Assembly (NCBI GenBank): GCA_041584475.1
Contig: JBFHDX010000003.1
Location: 12,621 to 76,620 of the forward strand
Length of the DNA stretch: 64,000 bases
From: Alphaproteobacteria bacterium
GTDB lineage: Bacteria; Pseudomonadota; Alphaproteobacteria; UBA8366; JADFVY01
Reading direction: 5' to 3'
Positions 44,037-52,029 of the stretch are shown piece after piece. The notes beneath the pieces were generated by a model. That model was not told where the DNA came from. It saw only the letters and a program-made list of their open reading frames with translations, and did no database searches. Position 1 is the first letter of the stretch. Each line of letters begins with the position of its first letter. The position numbers and the translations under genes are program-made.

Positions 44037-44936
44037 TCAGGCGGCGTCGAGCGTAACCGGCACTTTGCGTCGAACCTCCGCGTCATAGTCCTGCATGAGC
44101 GTTCGCGTCAGCTCGCCCGGGGTAAACCGGTACTCGCCGATCTCCCGCACCGGCGTCACCTCGACCGCCGTGCCGGTCAGAAATACCTCGCTGGCCTGCG
44201 CGAGCTCCTCGGGCATGATGGCGCGTTCGACGATTTCGATTCCGCGGGCCTGCGCCAGCGCAATGACCGTGCGTCGCGTAATGCCGTCGAGGAAACAGTC
44301 GGGCGTCGGCGTATGCAGCTTGCCGTCGATGACGAGGAAGATGTTGGCGCCGGTCGCCTCCGCCACCCGGCCACGCCAGTCCAGCATCAGCGCATCGTTG
44401 TAGCCTTCCGCTTCGGCCTGGTGTTTCGACAGCGTGCAGATCATGTAGAGGCCGGCCGCCTTCGACTTCGATGGCGCGGTTTTGGGATCGGGCCGCCGCC
44501 ACTGCGCGAAGCGCATGCGGATGCCCTGCATGCGCGCCTCCGGCGAGAAGTAGGCGGGCCATTCCCACGCCGCGATGGCGAGATGAATCCGCGTCTTCTG
44601 GGCGGAAACCCCCATCATCTCGGAACCGCGCCAGGCGATCGGCCGCACATAGCCGTCCTCGATGCCCTGCGCCGTGACCAGCATGCGGCAGGCCTCGTCG
44701 ATCTGTGCGGTCGTCCAAGGAATCCGGAAATCGAGCTGTCGCGCCGAGTCGTGCAGCCGCTCGGTATGCTCGGTCAGCTTGAAGATGCGGCCGCCATAGA
44801 CCCGCTCGCCCTCGAACACCGCCGAGGCATAGTGCAACGCGTGCGTCAGAACATGGACCCTGGCATCCTTCCAGGGAATCATCTGACCGTCGAACCAGAT
44901 CGATCCCGGCCGATCGTCGAAGGGCATCATTGACAT
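44037..44936 (-). CDS. ilvE: Branched-chain amino acid aminotransferase (class IV PLP enzyme)
   Basis: 299 aa with ATG at 44936. Motifs are HALHYASAVFEGERVY, KAAGLYM (PLP Lys region), NIFLV..GKLHTP, ILDGITR-like FLDGITRRTV and LTGTAVEVTPV. Confidence 0.93.
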   Translation of the reverse strand: MSMMPFDDRPGSIWFDGQMIPWKDARVHVLTHALHYASAVFEGERVYGGRIFKLTEHTERLHDSARQLDFRIPWTTAQIDEACRMLVTAQGIEDGYVRPIAWRGSEMMGVSAQKTRIHLAIAAWEWPAYFSPEARMQGIRMRFAQWRRPDPKTAPSKSKAAGLYMICTLSKHQAEAEGYNDALMLDWRGRVAEATGANIFLVIDGKLHTPTPDCFLDGITRRTVIALAQARGIEIVERAIMPEELAQASEVFLTGTAVEVTPVREIGEYRFTPGELTRTLMQDYDAEVRRKVPVTLDAA

Positions 44937-45085
44937 GGCAGTATCCCGGCGCTCGAGTTCCCAGTCCTGTGTTTTGTGTCAACCGACGAAACGCGGGCAC
45001 GATTCCGTCCGTTTCGGCATCGGTCGTGTACGATTATGTCGTTTGACCCTTGCTTCTAGTATCATTCCGTAGCATATAAGTCAAC

Positions 45086-45610
45086 ATGGCTGACGTAAAA
45101 TCGCCGCCGCTGGGCGCCCCCAAACCGACCGTGAACCCGTTGTTCCTGCGCGATGAGGAGCTGCGCCAGGCGATGGAGCTCCTGTTTTTCGCGTATCGGG
45201 ACTTCACGGCCGAGCCCGACGCCATCCTGGCACGCCATCGGTTCGGGCGCGCCCATCACCGGGCGATCTACTTCATCGGCCGCCATGCGGGCATCAGCAT
45301 CAGCGAGCTGCTCGGCATTCTTAGAATCACCAAGCAGAGCCTCAACCGCGTGCTCGGCCAGCTGATCGACCAGGACTACGTGCGCCAGCGGCAGGGCACA
45401 CGCGACCGGCGCCAGCGCCTGCTGGAGCTGACCGCCAAGGGCCGGGCGCTCGAGGAACAGCTGTCGGTCGAGCAGCGCGCACGCATCGCGCGGGCCTATC
45501 GCGAAGCGGGCGCCGAGGCCGTCGAGGGATTCCGCAAGGTGATGCTCGGCATCATCGGCGGCGAGAACGACCGGTTGCGGTTCGAGAGGTTGCGGCCGCC
45601 ACGGCGATAG
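45086..45610 (+). CDS. MarR family transcriptional regulator (PetP-like position upstream of an OmpR-type regulator)
   Basis: 174 aa. The winged HTH is ISISELLGILRITKQSLNRVLGQLIDQDYVRQRQGTRDRRQRLLELTAKG. Confidence 0.85.
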   Translation: MADVKSPPLGAPKPTVNPLFLRDEELRQAMELLFFAYRDFTAEPDAILARHRFGRAHHRAIYFIGRHAGISISELLGILRITKQSLNRVLGQLIDQDYVRQRQGTRDRRQRLLELTAKGRALEEQLSVEQRARIARAYREAGAEAVEGFRKVMLGIIGGENDRLRFERLRPPRR

Positions 45611-45638
45611 GCAGGGGCCCCCACGCCGGCCTATACTC

Positions 45639-46337
45639 GTGCCGATGGAAGAACTGCAGCATGTCCTGGTCGTCGACGACGATACGCGGCTGCGCGAGCT
45701 GCTCCGCCGCTACCTCTCCGACAACGGCTTCCGCGTGACGACCGCCGAGGATGCGGCCGCCGCCCGGCGTCAGATGCAGGCGATGACCTTCGACCTGATC
45801 GTGCTCGACCTGATGATGCCGGGCGAAACCGGTCTTGAGCTTGCCCGCTCGCTGCGCCAGATGCGTGACGACGTACCGATCCTGATGCTGACGGCCATGG
45901 GCGAAATCGCGGACCGGATCGGCGGGCTGGAAGCGGGGGCCGACGACTATCTGGCCAAGCCGTTCGAGCCGCGCGAGCTGCTGTTGCGCATCCGCACCAT
46001 TCTGCGGCGGGTCCCGGCCGCCGCGGCCGAACCGGCGAGAACGAGGGAAGTCAGCCTTGGCGACCACAGGTTCGATCGCGAACGCGCGATCCTGAGCAGC
46101 AACGGTCGTATGGTTCGGTTGACCACGGCGGAAGCCAGCCTGTTGTCGGTGCTCTCCGAGGAGCCGGGCACCGTGCTGAGCCGCGAGGAGTTGAGCGAGC
46201 GCTGTCGCGTGGCCGGCGGCGACCGCGCGATCGACGTGCAGGTTGCGCGCCTGCGCCGTAAGATCGAACCCGACCCCAAGACGCCGCGATTCCTCCAGAC
46301 CGTGCGCGGTCGTGGCTACGTGCTCCGGCCCGATTGA
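45639..46337 (+). CDS. OmpR-family response regulator (CenR/PetR-like)
   Basis: 232 aa from the GTG at 45639, or from the ATG at 45645. Receiver motifs are VLVVDDD, DLIVLDLMMPGETG and YLAKPF. The C-terminal winged helix includes IDVQVARLRRKIE...FLQTVRGRGYVL. Confidence 0.93.
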   Translation: MPMEELQHVLVVDDDTRLRELLRRYLSDNGFRVTTAEDAAAARRQMQAMTFDLIVLDLMMPGETGLELARSLRQMRDDVPILMLTAMGEIADRIGGLEAGADDYLAKPFEPRELLLRIRTILRRVPAAAAEPARTREVSLGDHRFDRERAILSSNGRMVRLTTAEASLLSVLSEEPGTVLSREELSERCRVAGGDRAIDVQVARLRRKIEPDPKTPRFLQTVRGRGYVLRPD

Positions 46338-46346
46338 GCCACCGCC

Positions 46347-47672
46347 GTGCTGACCCAGCTCGCGCTCAAGAACATGCTGCCGCGGACCCTGTTTGGGCGT
46401 TCGCTGCTGATCATCGTCATGCCGCTGATCATTCTCCAGGTGGTCTCTACCTGGATCTTCTATGACCGGCACTGGGACACGATCACCCGGCGGCTGTCCA
46501 CGGCCATCGCCGGTGACATCGCGCTGACGCTCGAGCTGCTCGAGCAAAGCCCCGGCGTCGAGGCACGGACCGCCATCCTCGACCTGGCACGCCGCAATTT
46601 CCAGTTCGCGATCACCATACAGCCCGGCGAAATCATTCCGCGAACCGCGGTGAACGGCAATTCGCAGATCGACCATTTCCTCTCGCGTGCCCTGGGCGAG
46701 ATGGTCAGACGCCCGTTCCAGATCGATTCGACCGAGTACAGGGAGCGCGTGATAGTCGACGTCCAGCTCAGGGACGCAGTGATGACGATCGTCGTCCCGG
46801 GCAAGCGGCTGTTCAGCACGACGACGTATATCTTCATCATGTGGATGGTCGGCACCTCGCTCGTCCTGTTCGCGGTCGCCTCGATATTCATGCGCAATCA
46901 GGTCAGGCCGATCCGGCGACTCGCGACCGCGGCGGATGCCTTCGGCAAGGGCCGCGACAGTGCCGAGATCGAGTTTCGGCCCGAGGGTGCCGCCGAGGTC
47001 AGGCAGGCAGCCGCCGCTTTCAATCTGATGCGCACGCGGCTGCGCCGGCAGATCCGGCAGCGCACCGACATGTTGTCGGGCGTGAGCCACGATCTGCGAA
47101 CGCCGATCACGCGACTGAAGCTGCAACTGGCGATGCTGCCGGAGAGCCCCGAGGTGCACGATCTCAAGAACGACATCGCCGAGATGGAGCGCATGATCGA
47201 GGGCTACCTGACGTTTGCCCGCGGCGAAGGCGACGAGGCCGGCACCGAGACCGACCTCGGGTTGCTGGTGGAGGACACGGTGGCCGGCTCGCGACGGAAC
47301 GGCGCGATCATCGACCTGCATATCGAGGGGAAGCTGGTGGCGTGGCTGCGCCCCGTGGCGATCAAGCGGGTCATCGGCAACCTGCTGGCCAACGCGGAGC
47401 GCTTCGGCTCGCACATCTGGGTTCGCGCCGGCCGCCGCGGCGACGCGATCGAGATCACGGTCGACGACGACGGGCCCGGGATCCCGAAGACCCATCGCGA
47501 GGACGTGTTCAGGCCGTTCTACCGGCTCGAGGAATCACGTAATCCGACGACCGGTGGAACCGGCCTCGGCCTGGCGATCGCCCGCGACCTGGTGCGCGGC
47601 CACGGCGGAGACATCGTGCTCGAGGACTCGCCGCACGGCGGGTTGCGCGCCCGGCTGCGGCTACCGGTCTGA
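46347..47672 (+). CDS. Sensor histidine kinase (EnvZ-like: 2 TM, HAMP, HisKA, HATPase_c)
   Basis: 441 aa with a GTG start at 46347. H-box is SGVSHDLRTPITRLKL, N-box is IGNLLANAERF, G1 is VDDDGPGIP and G2 is GTGLGLAIARDLV. Confidence 0.92.
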   Translation: MLTQLALKNMLPRTLFGRSLLIIVMPLIILQVVSTWIFYDRHWDTITRRLSTAIAGDIALTLELLEQSPGVEARTAILDLARRNFQFAITIQPGEIIPRTAVNGNSQIDHFLSRALGEMVRRPFQIDSTEYRERVIVDVQLRDAVMTIVVPGKRLFSTTTYIFIMWMVGTSLVLFAVASIFMRNQVRPIRRLATAADAFGKGRDSAEIEFRPEGAAEVRQAAAAFNLMRTRLRRQIRQRTDMLSGVSHDLRTPITRLKLQLAMLPESPEVHDLKNDIAEMERMIEGYLTFARGEGDEAGTETDLGLLVEDTVAGSRRNGAIIDLHIEGKLVAWLRPVAIKRVIGNLLANAERFGSHIWVRAGRRGDAIEITVDDDGPGIPKTHREDVFRPFYRLEESRNPTTGGTGLGLAIARDLVRGHGGDIVLEDSPHGGLRARLRLPV

Positions 47673-47682
47673 GCGCGGCGAA

Positions 47683-48018
47683 TCAGTACATGCGTCCGCC
47701 ATCGGGGACCTGTTTGTCCGGCGTCAGAAGAACCACCTCGCCCTGGGAATCCGGAACGCCGAGCACCAGGACCTCGGACATTACCGGTCCGATCTGCTTG
47801 GGCGGGAAATTCACCACGGCCAGCACCTGGCGCCCGACCAGCTGGTCGGCGTCGTAATTGCACGTGACCTGCGCCGAGGTGCGGCGCTCGCCAATCTCCG
47901 GGCCGAAATCGACCCACATGCGGTAGGCGGGCTGGCGCGCCTCTGGAAAGGGTTCGGCACGCACGACCGTGCCGACGCGGATGTCAACTTTGAGGAAATC
48001 GCTGAAGTCGATCGCCAT
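47683..48018 (-). CDS. csaA: tRNA-binding (EMAP/Trbp111-fold) protein, CsaA-like
   Basis: 111 aa. The N-terminal FLKVDIRVGTVVRAEPFPEARQPAYRMWVDFG and the later LVGRQVLAVVNFPPKQIG are typical of CsaA. Confidence 0.85.
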   Translation of the reverse strand: MAIDFSDFLKVDIRVGTVVRAEPFPEARQPAYRMWVDFGPEIGERRTSAQVTCNYDADQLVGRQVLAVVNFPPKQIGPVMSEVLVLGVPDSQGEVVLLTPDKQVPDGGRMY

Positions 48019-48099
48019 GGTGCGCCCCCCGGAACCTGCGTCTGCCGCCGCAGGCTATCACCGGCGGCCGCGTCCCGCAAAAGTCGGCCCGGATGCACA

Positions 48100-48159
48100 G
48101 CCGCCCCTGCGCGTGCAGGGGCGGCAGTTCGCTTCGAACGCGGTAGGAGCCGTTCGAAG
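48100..48159 (-). terminator. Two consecutive GC-rich hairpins downstream of the phasin gene (terminator-like, no adjacent U-tract)
   Basis: An 11-bp stem GCCGCCCCTGC/GCAGGGGCGGC lies at 48100-48125 and a 9-bp stem CTTCGAACG/CGTTCGAAG at 48132-48159. The first hairpin met by the minus-strand transcript begins 17 nt after the phasin stop. Confidence 0.35.
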
Positions 48160-48176
48160 TGAGATCCTAACCGGTC

Positions 48177-48605
48177 TTACTTCGCGGCGGATTCGACCAG
48201 GCCCTTGACCTCGTCGAGTCCCTCGACGAAACGCTTGCTCAGCAAATCGAACACCGCGTTGTTGGCCTTGGCCATCACGGCGTTCAGTTCCTTCAGGTTG
48301 GCGACCGCGCGCTCATAGCCTTCCTTGGTGAGCTCGGCCTGGCGCGCGACCTTGGCGTCGGGCGCACCCTCGGCGGCAAGCGCCTGCAGGATCTCGGTCA
48401 GTTCGGCGACGTTGTCGCGGGCGATCGCGACCTGCCGCTCGAAGACCTGCCGGGCCCCCGCGGCGGCGGCCTTGTTGACCGCGGTCAGGGCGTCGAGATT
48501 CTTCTGCTGGGCCGCGACGACCTTGTTGACGTCGAACATCGGCACCTTCATCTCGGCCATGTATTTGCTGAAATCGACGGCCGCGAACGGATTGGCAGTA
48601 GCCAT
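48177..48605 (-). CDS. Phasin family protein (PHA granule-associated)
   Basis: I prefer the ATG at 48605 (MATANPFAAVDFSKYMAEMKVP), which has a GAGGAG RBS. Length is 142 aa. It is Ala-rich and amphipathic, with FDVNKVVAAQQKNLDALT, as in alphaproteobacterial phasins. Confidence 0.85.
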   Translation of the reverse strand: MATANPFAAVDFSKYMAEMKVPMFDVNKVVAAQQKNLDALTAVNKAAAAGARQVFERQVAIARDNVAELTEILQALAAEGAPDAKVARQAELTKEGYERAVANLKELNAVMAKANNAVFDLLSKRFVEGLDEVKGLVESAAK

Positions 48606-48646
48606 TTGTTGTCTCCTCGGAGCGCTTGGGTGCAGAGCACAAATTG

Positions 48647-48667
48647 TTATGCTGCGCTGCAGCATAA
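48647..48667. promoter_or_regulatory. Perfect 9-bp-arm palindrome TTATGCTGC-gct-GCAGCATAA containing CTGC-N3-GCAG (candidate PhaR operator)
   Basis: The arms are at 48647-48655 and 48659-48667. The palindrome starts 4 nt downstream of the -10 element of the phasin promoter and 42 nt upstream of the phasin ATG. Confidence 0.5.
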
Positions 48668-48671
48668 GGCC

Positions 48672-48699
48672 AATATAATCGGTGCGCTCAAAGGGTCAA
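48672..48699 (-). promoter_or_regulatory. Sigma-70-type promoter of the phasin gene (TTGACC-N16-TATATT)
   Basis: On the minus strand the -35 TTGACC is the reverse complement of 48694-48699. The -10 TATATT is the reverse complement of 48672-48677. The spacer is 16 nt. Confidence 0.55.
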
Positions 48700-48759
48700 G
48701 CTGAATTTTCGCAGTGCAGCAATATTCGTTCGGCCGGGGTCGGCGGCCGTTCCGGTCTC

Positions 48760-49431
48760 TCACGCGGCTTCGCGGCGCGGCGCCCGCTCGCGCGGGAACA
48801 GGATGCGGGCGCAGCGTCCGGCACGCCCGAGATTGCGGTCGAGCGCCGCCATCGTCCGCGCGAGATCCGTCGTATCGTCATCGAGCCATGCGGCAAGCGT
48901 GCGAAGCCACACGCCCGTCAGACCCAACGCCTTGAGCTGGCCCACGGGCCCGTCCGAAGAGACGTCGGCCGCCTCGAGCATCCACGCCATCGAGCGGCAC
49001 AGGATGGGCAGATATGCTGCGCCCTCCGCCGGTGCGCGCGTCAGGTCGCGGCGTATGCCGCGCACCGCCTCGCGGTGCGGCTGCAGGGCGTCGAACCGCC
49101 GCATGAGAACTTCGAACAGCCGGTCCCGCTGCGAATCCTCGGGCGCGAACTTGAAGGGCGCGGCGAGGACCTGGCGGTCGACGCGCCGGATGAACGCGAC
49201 GAGGATCGACGCCTTCGACGGATAGGCCGGATAGAGCTCGGCAAACGGAACGCCCGCCGCCTGCGCGATGTCGGCGAGCCCGAGCGCGCGCCAGCCCCGT
49301 GCCGCCGCGAGATCCAGCATCGCGTCGACCAATCTGTCCTCCGCATCGCCCCGCCTCGACGTGCGCGGCGCCGCCTCGCCTCGCTTCGTGGCACGCGGCT
49401 CCGGCTTTCCTTCCTTCGGTTGCTTGGCCAT
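48760..49431 (-). CDS. TetR/AcrR family transcriptional regulator
   Basis: 223 aa with ATG at 49431. The HTH region is RLVDAMLDLAAARGWRALGLADIAQAAGVPFAELYPAYPSKASIL. It has a basic N-terminal tail. Confidence 0.75.
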   Translation of the reverse strand: MAKQPKEGKPEPRATKRGEAAPRTSRRGDAEDRLVDAMLDLAAARGWRALGLADIAQAAGVPFAELYPAYPSKASILVAFIRRVDRQVLAAPFKFAPEDSQRDRLFEVLMRRFDALQPHREAVRGIRRDLTRAPAEGAAYLPILCRSMAWMLEAADVSSDGPVGQLKALGLTGVWLRTLAAWLDDDTTDLARTMAALDRNLGRAGRCARILFPRERAPRREAA

Positions 49432-49510
49432 GGTCCGAATCTCCTATGCTCGCGGCCGGTGCCCGGTTTCCCGGCGCGGATCCGTCTCTCTCTAATCTGG
49501 GGGCGTTTCG

Positions 49511-49996
49511 TCAGTCTTGCAACGCCAGCGCCGCGACCGTGCCCCCGGTCAACGGCGCCAGCGCAGCCGCGCGCAGGCGGACTACGGCGAACGGTGTGCC
49601 GGCGGCGGCCCAGACTTCCTCGAACCCCAGCAGGTCCTCGTCGATGAAGGTCGTTATCGGCCGGTCGTGACCGACCGGCGGCACGCCCCCGATCGCGAAC
49701 CCGGTGCGTTCCCGAACGAACGCCGCGTCTGCCTTCTGCACCGGCTGACCGAGCAACCGGGCGAGCGCGGCCTCGTCGACGCGGTTGGCGCCGCTGGCGA
49801 TGACCAGTACCGCGGTATCGCCCTCCGCGACACGAAACAGAATGGATTTGGCGATCTGCGCGACCGAGCATCCGAGCGTCGATGCGGCGTCGGCAGCGGT
49901 GCGGGTCGACCGGTCGAGCTGTCGCAGCTCGAAGCTGACGCCGCTGCCGGCGAGCGCCGCCTCGACCTTGCGGACGCTTGGTGCCAGCTCGCTCAC
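49511..49996 (-). CDS. YbaK/EbsC (ProX-type) aminoacyl-tRNA trans-editing deacylase domain protein
   Basis: 161 aa. The GTG start at 49996 overlaps the proC stop (GTGA). Motifs are AQIAKSILF, VLVIASGANRVD and FAIGGVPPVGH. Confidence 0.83.
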   Translation of the reverse strand: MSELAPSVRKVEAALAGSGVSFELRQLDRSTRTAADAASTLGCSVAQIAKSILFRVAEGDTAVLVIASGANRVDEAALARLLGQPVQKADAAFVRERTGFAIGGVPPVGHDRPITTFIDEDLLGFEEVWAAAGTPFAVVRLRAAALAPLTGGTVAALALQD

Positions 49997-50826
49997 ATCT
50001 CGCCGGCGAGCTCCCGCCCGCGCCGGGCCGCAGCCGCGACCGCCCGTTCCATCAATGCCGGCAGGCCGTCGTCGGCCGTCAGCACATCGAGCGCCGCCTG
50101 CGTGGTCCCGCCGCGACTGGTCACGTTGCGGCGCAGCTGGTCGGGCGGCTGGCCGCCATGCAGAGCGAGTTCGCCGGCGCCGGCCACCGTCACCAGCGCC
50201 AGCCGATCGGCGACCGGGCGCGGCAGGCCGGCGCGCACGCCCGCGTCGGCCAGCGCCTCGATCAGCAGGAAGACATAGGCCGGCCCGCTGCCGGAGACCG
50301 CGGTCACCGCATCCATCAGCGACTCGTCATCGATCGACAGCGTCTCGCCGATCGACCCGAGCAGCGTCGTGCACACGGCGGTCTGGCGTTCGCTCGCGGC
50401 GGCTTTCGGGCAGACCACCGTGATGCCCCGGCCGATCGCGGCCGGCGTATTCGGCATGGCGCGTACGATCGCCGCCTTGCGGCCGAGATGCTTTTCGAAG
50501 TACGCGATCGTCGTGCCCGCGGCGATCGACAGGAAAACGGTCGACGTGCCGACGAACCGGGCTGCCAGCGGGACGACCTCGTCCATCTGCTGCGGCTTGA
50601 CCGCGAAGACGACGACTTCGGGGTCGAGATCCTGGGGCAGCGAGCCGGCCGAATCGACGATCGAAACATCTCCGCTCCCGGCGAATTCGGTGGCACCGGC
50701 GGGATCGACGATCACGATTCCGGCTCCGGCGATTCCGCTTTTCAACCAGCCCGACAGCATCGCGCCGCCCATCTTGCCGCAGCCGAACAACAACAGAGGG
50801 CGCGCGAGTCGAATGGCGGCGGACAT
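49993..50826 (-). CDS. proC: Pyrroline-5-carboxylate reductase
   Basis: 277 aa. The Rossmann N-terminus is LLLFGCGKMGGAMLSGW. Motifs are RAMPNTPAAIG, SGSGPAYVF and VTSRGGTTQAAL. Confidence 0.93.
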   Translation of the reverse strand: MSAAIRLARPLLLFGCGKMGGAMLSGWLKSGIAGAGIVIVDPAGATEFAGSGDVSIVDSAGSLPQDLDPEVVVFAVKPQQMDEVVPLAARFVGTSTVFLSIAAGTTIAYFEKHLGRKAAIVRAMPNTPAAIGRGITVVCPKAAASERQTAVCTTLLGSIGETLSIDDESLMDAVTAVSGSGPAYVFLLIEALADAGVRAGLPRPVADRLALVTVAGAGELALHGGQPPDQLRRNVTSRGGTTQAALDVLTADDGLPALMERAVAAAARRGRELAGEM

Positions 50827-50838
50827 TGTGGTTTCCTC

Positions 50839-51342
50839 TCAGGCCTCCCCGACCGTGTCGATGAGCGCGGCCGAGATTGCTTCCTCCGGCGGCCTGCCGG
50901 CCCACAGAACATATTGGAAGGCCGGGTAAAAGCGGTCGCATTCCTCGAGCGCCGCCTCGACGATTTCCTCCAGCAGCTCGGTGCCCGGCGTGATCTGCCC
51001 GCGTGTCAGCAACGTGTGGCGGAAGGTCGGCGTCGATTCCTCGGAGCAGACCTCGAAATGTCCGAGCCACAGCCGTTCGTTGATGGTCGCGAGAAGATCG
51101 TTGATGTCGCGGCGTTTCTCGACCGGTACCTTGATGTCGAACGCGCAGTGCAGGTGCAGTGCCGAGAGGTCGTGCTGCCAGAGGAAATGCAGTCGATAGG
51201 CGCACCAGCGGCGCGACGGCTCGGTCACGAATTCATCGTCGGCCGCCCGCATGTGCGGCCAGCCCTGCAGGTTGGCCAGCTCTTCCAGCAGATCGAGCGG
51301 ATTGGCTGCGTGCCTGCCCGTGCCCGCCAGCATTATTGCCAT
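50839..51342 (-). CDS. YbjN domain-containing protein (type III secretion chaperone-like fold)
   Basis: The track start at 51348 is a GTG. The ATG at 51342 has an AGGGGG Shine-Dalgarno 5 nt upstream. The product is an acidic protein of about 167 aa with NPLDLLEELA...WLGHFEV, as in alphaproteobacterial YbjN-family genes next to proC. Confidence 0.72.
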   Translation of the reverse strand: MAIMLAGTGRHAANPLDLLEELANLQGWPHMRAADDEFVTEPSRRWCAYRLHFLWQHDLSALHLHCAFDIKVPVEKRRDINDLLATINERLWLGHFEVCSEESTPTFRHTLLTRGQITPGTELLEEIVEAALEECDRFYPAFQYVLWAGRPPEEAISAALIDTVGEA

Positions 51343-51525
51343 CGTCACCCCCTAACCCGAGGATCCCGCGGCCGGCGAATTGGCACGCCGGCCCGATTTC
51401 GCACAACGGGCGGAGCCGGTCAAGATATTGAGCTTCGCCTATGCGCAGCTACAATACCTAGCATGCCATAGCGGGAATCGCGGACGCAAGGCCGCAACGC
51501 GGGCTCCGAGGCAATTATCTGTGGA

Positions 51526-51879
51526 TTAAACTTGCCCGGTGTCGGATGCCGGGCTCGACCGTCCCTTGCCGCCGCCTTTCTTGGCGCCACGCGGCGAGCG
51601 CGGCGACGCGGCGGTCGACGGCTGCGCCGCCGCCCCGGCCAGCCTGGCCTCGAGTTCGGCCACGCGTTTCGCGAGCGTCTCCTGCTCGGTCCGCGCTTTG
51701 GCGGCCATCGCCTTGACTGCCTCGAACTCCTCGCGCTGGACGAGGTCCATCTCCGAGAGGATCCTCTCGAACTGCTGCTTGAGCCGAGCCTCGACCTCGT
51801 GCCGCACGCCCGAAATGGCGCCGAACGCGCCGCTGGCTACCCGGGCCAGATCGTCGAGCAACCGGTTGTCCGCCTGCAT
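51526..51879 (-). CDS. ubiK: UbiK/YqiC (BMFP) family accessory factor
   Basis: The track fuses this into a 413-aa ORF antisense to lgt. The real start is the ATG at 51879 (MQADNRLLDDLARVASGAFGAISGVRHEVEARLKQQFERILSEMDLVQREEFEAVK). Length is 117 aa, with a coiled coil and a basic tail. Confidence 0.72.
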   Translation of the reverse strand: MQADNRLLDDLARVASGAFGAISGVRHEVEARLKQQFERILSEMDLVQREEFEAVKAMAAKARTEQETLAKRVAELEARLAGAAAQPSTAASPRSPRGAKKGGGKGRSSPASDTGQV

Positions 51880-52029
51880 ATGTCCTGCTCCCGTCAATGG
51901 CTGCATTCCGATATATGCCGCGACCGTCCCGGGCGCAACCGCGGGGCCGGCGGCTTGCAGCGGCCGGGGACGGCTCCTATAAGGAATGCCGTCCGCATCC
52001 CGCCGCAACGACGACCGGTAGACACGCGC

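Noticed and set aside
51520-51528. Isolated DnaA-like box TAATCCACA (reverse complement of TGTGGATTA)
   Set aside because: It is a single 1-mismatch 9-mer that overlaps the ubiK stop codon. Such matches are expected by chance a few times in 64 kb, and there are no neighbouring boxes.
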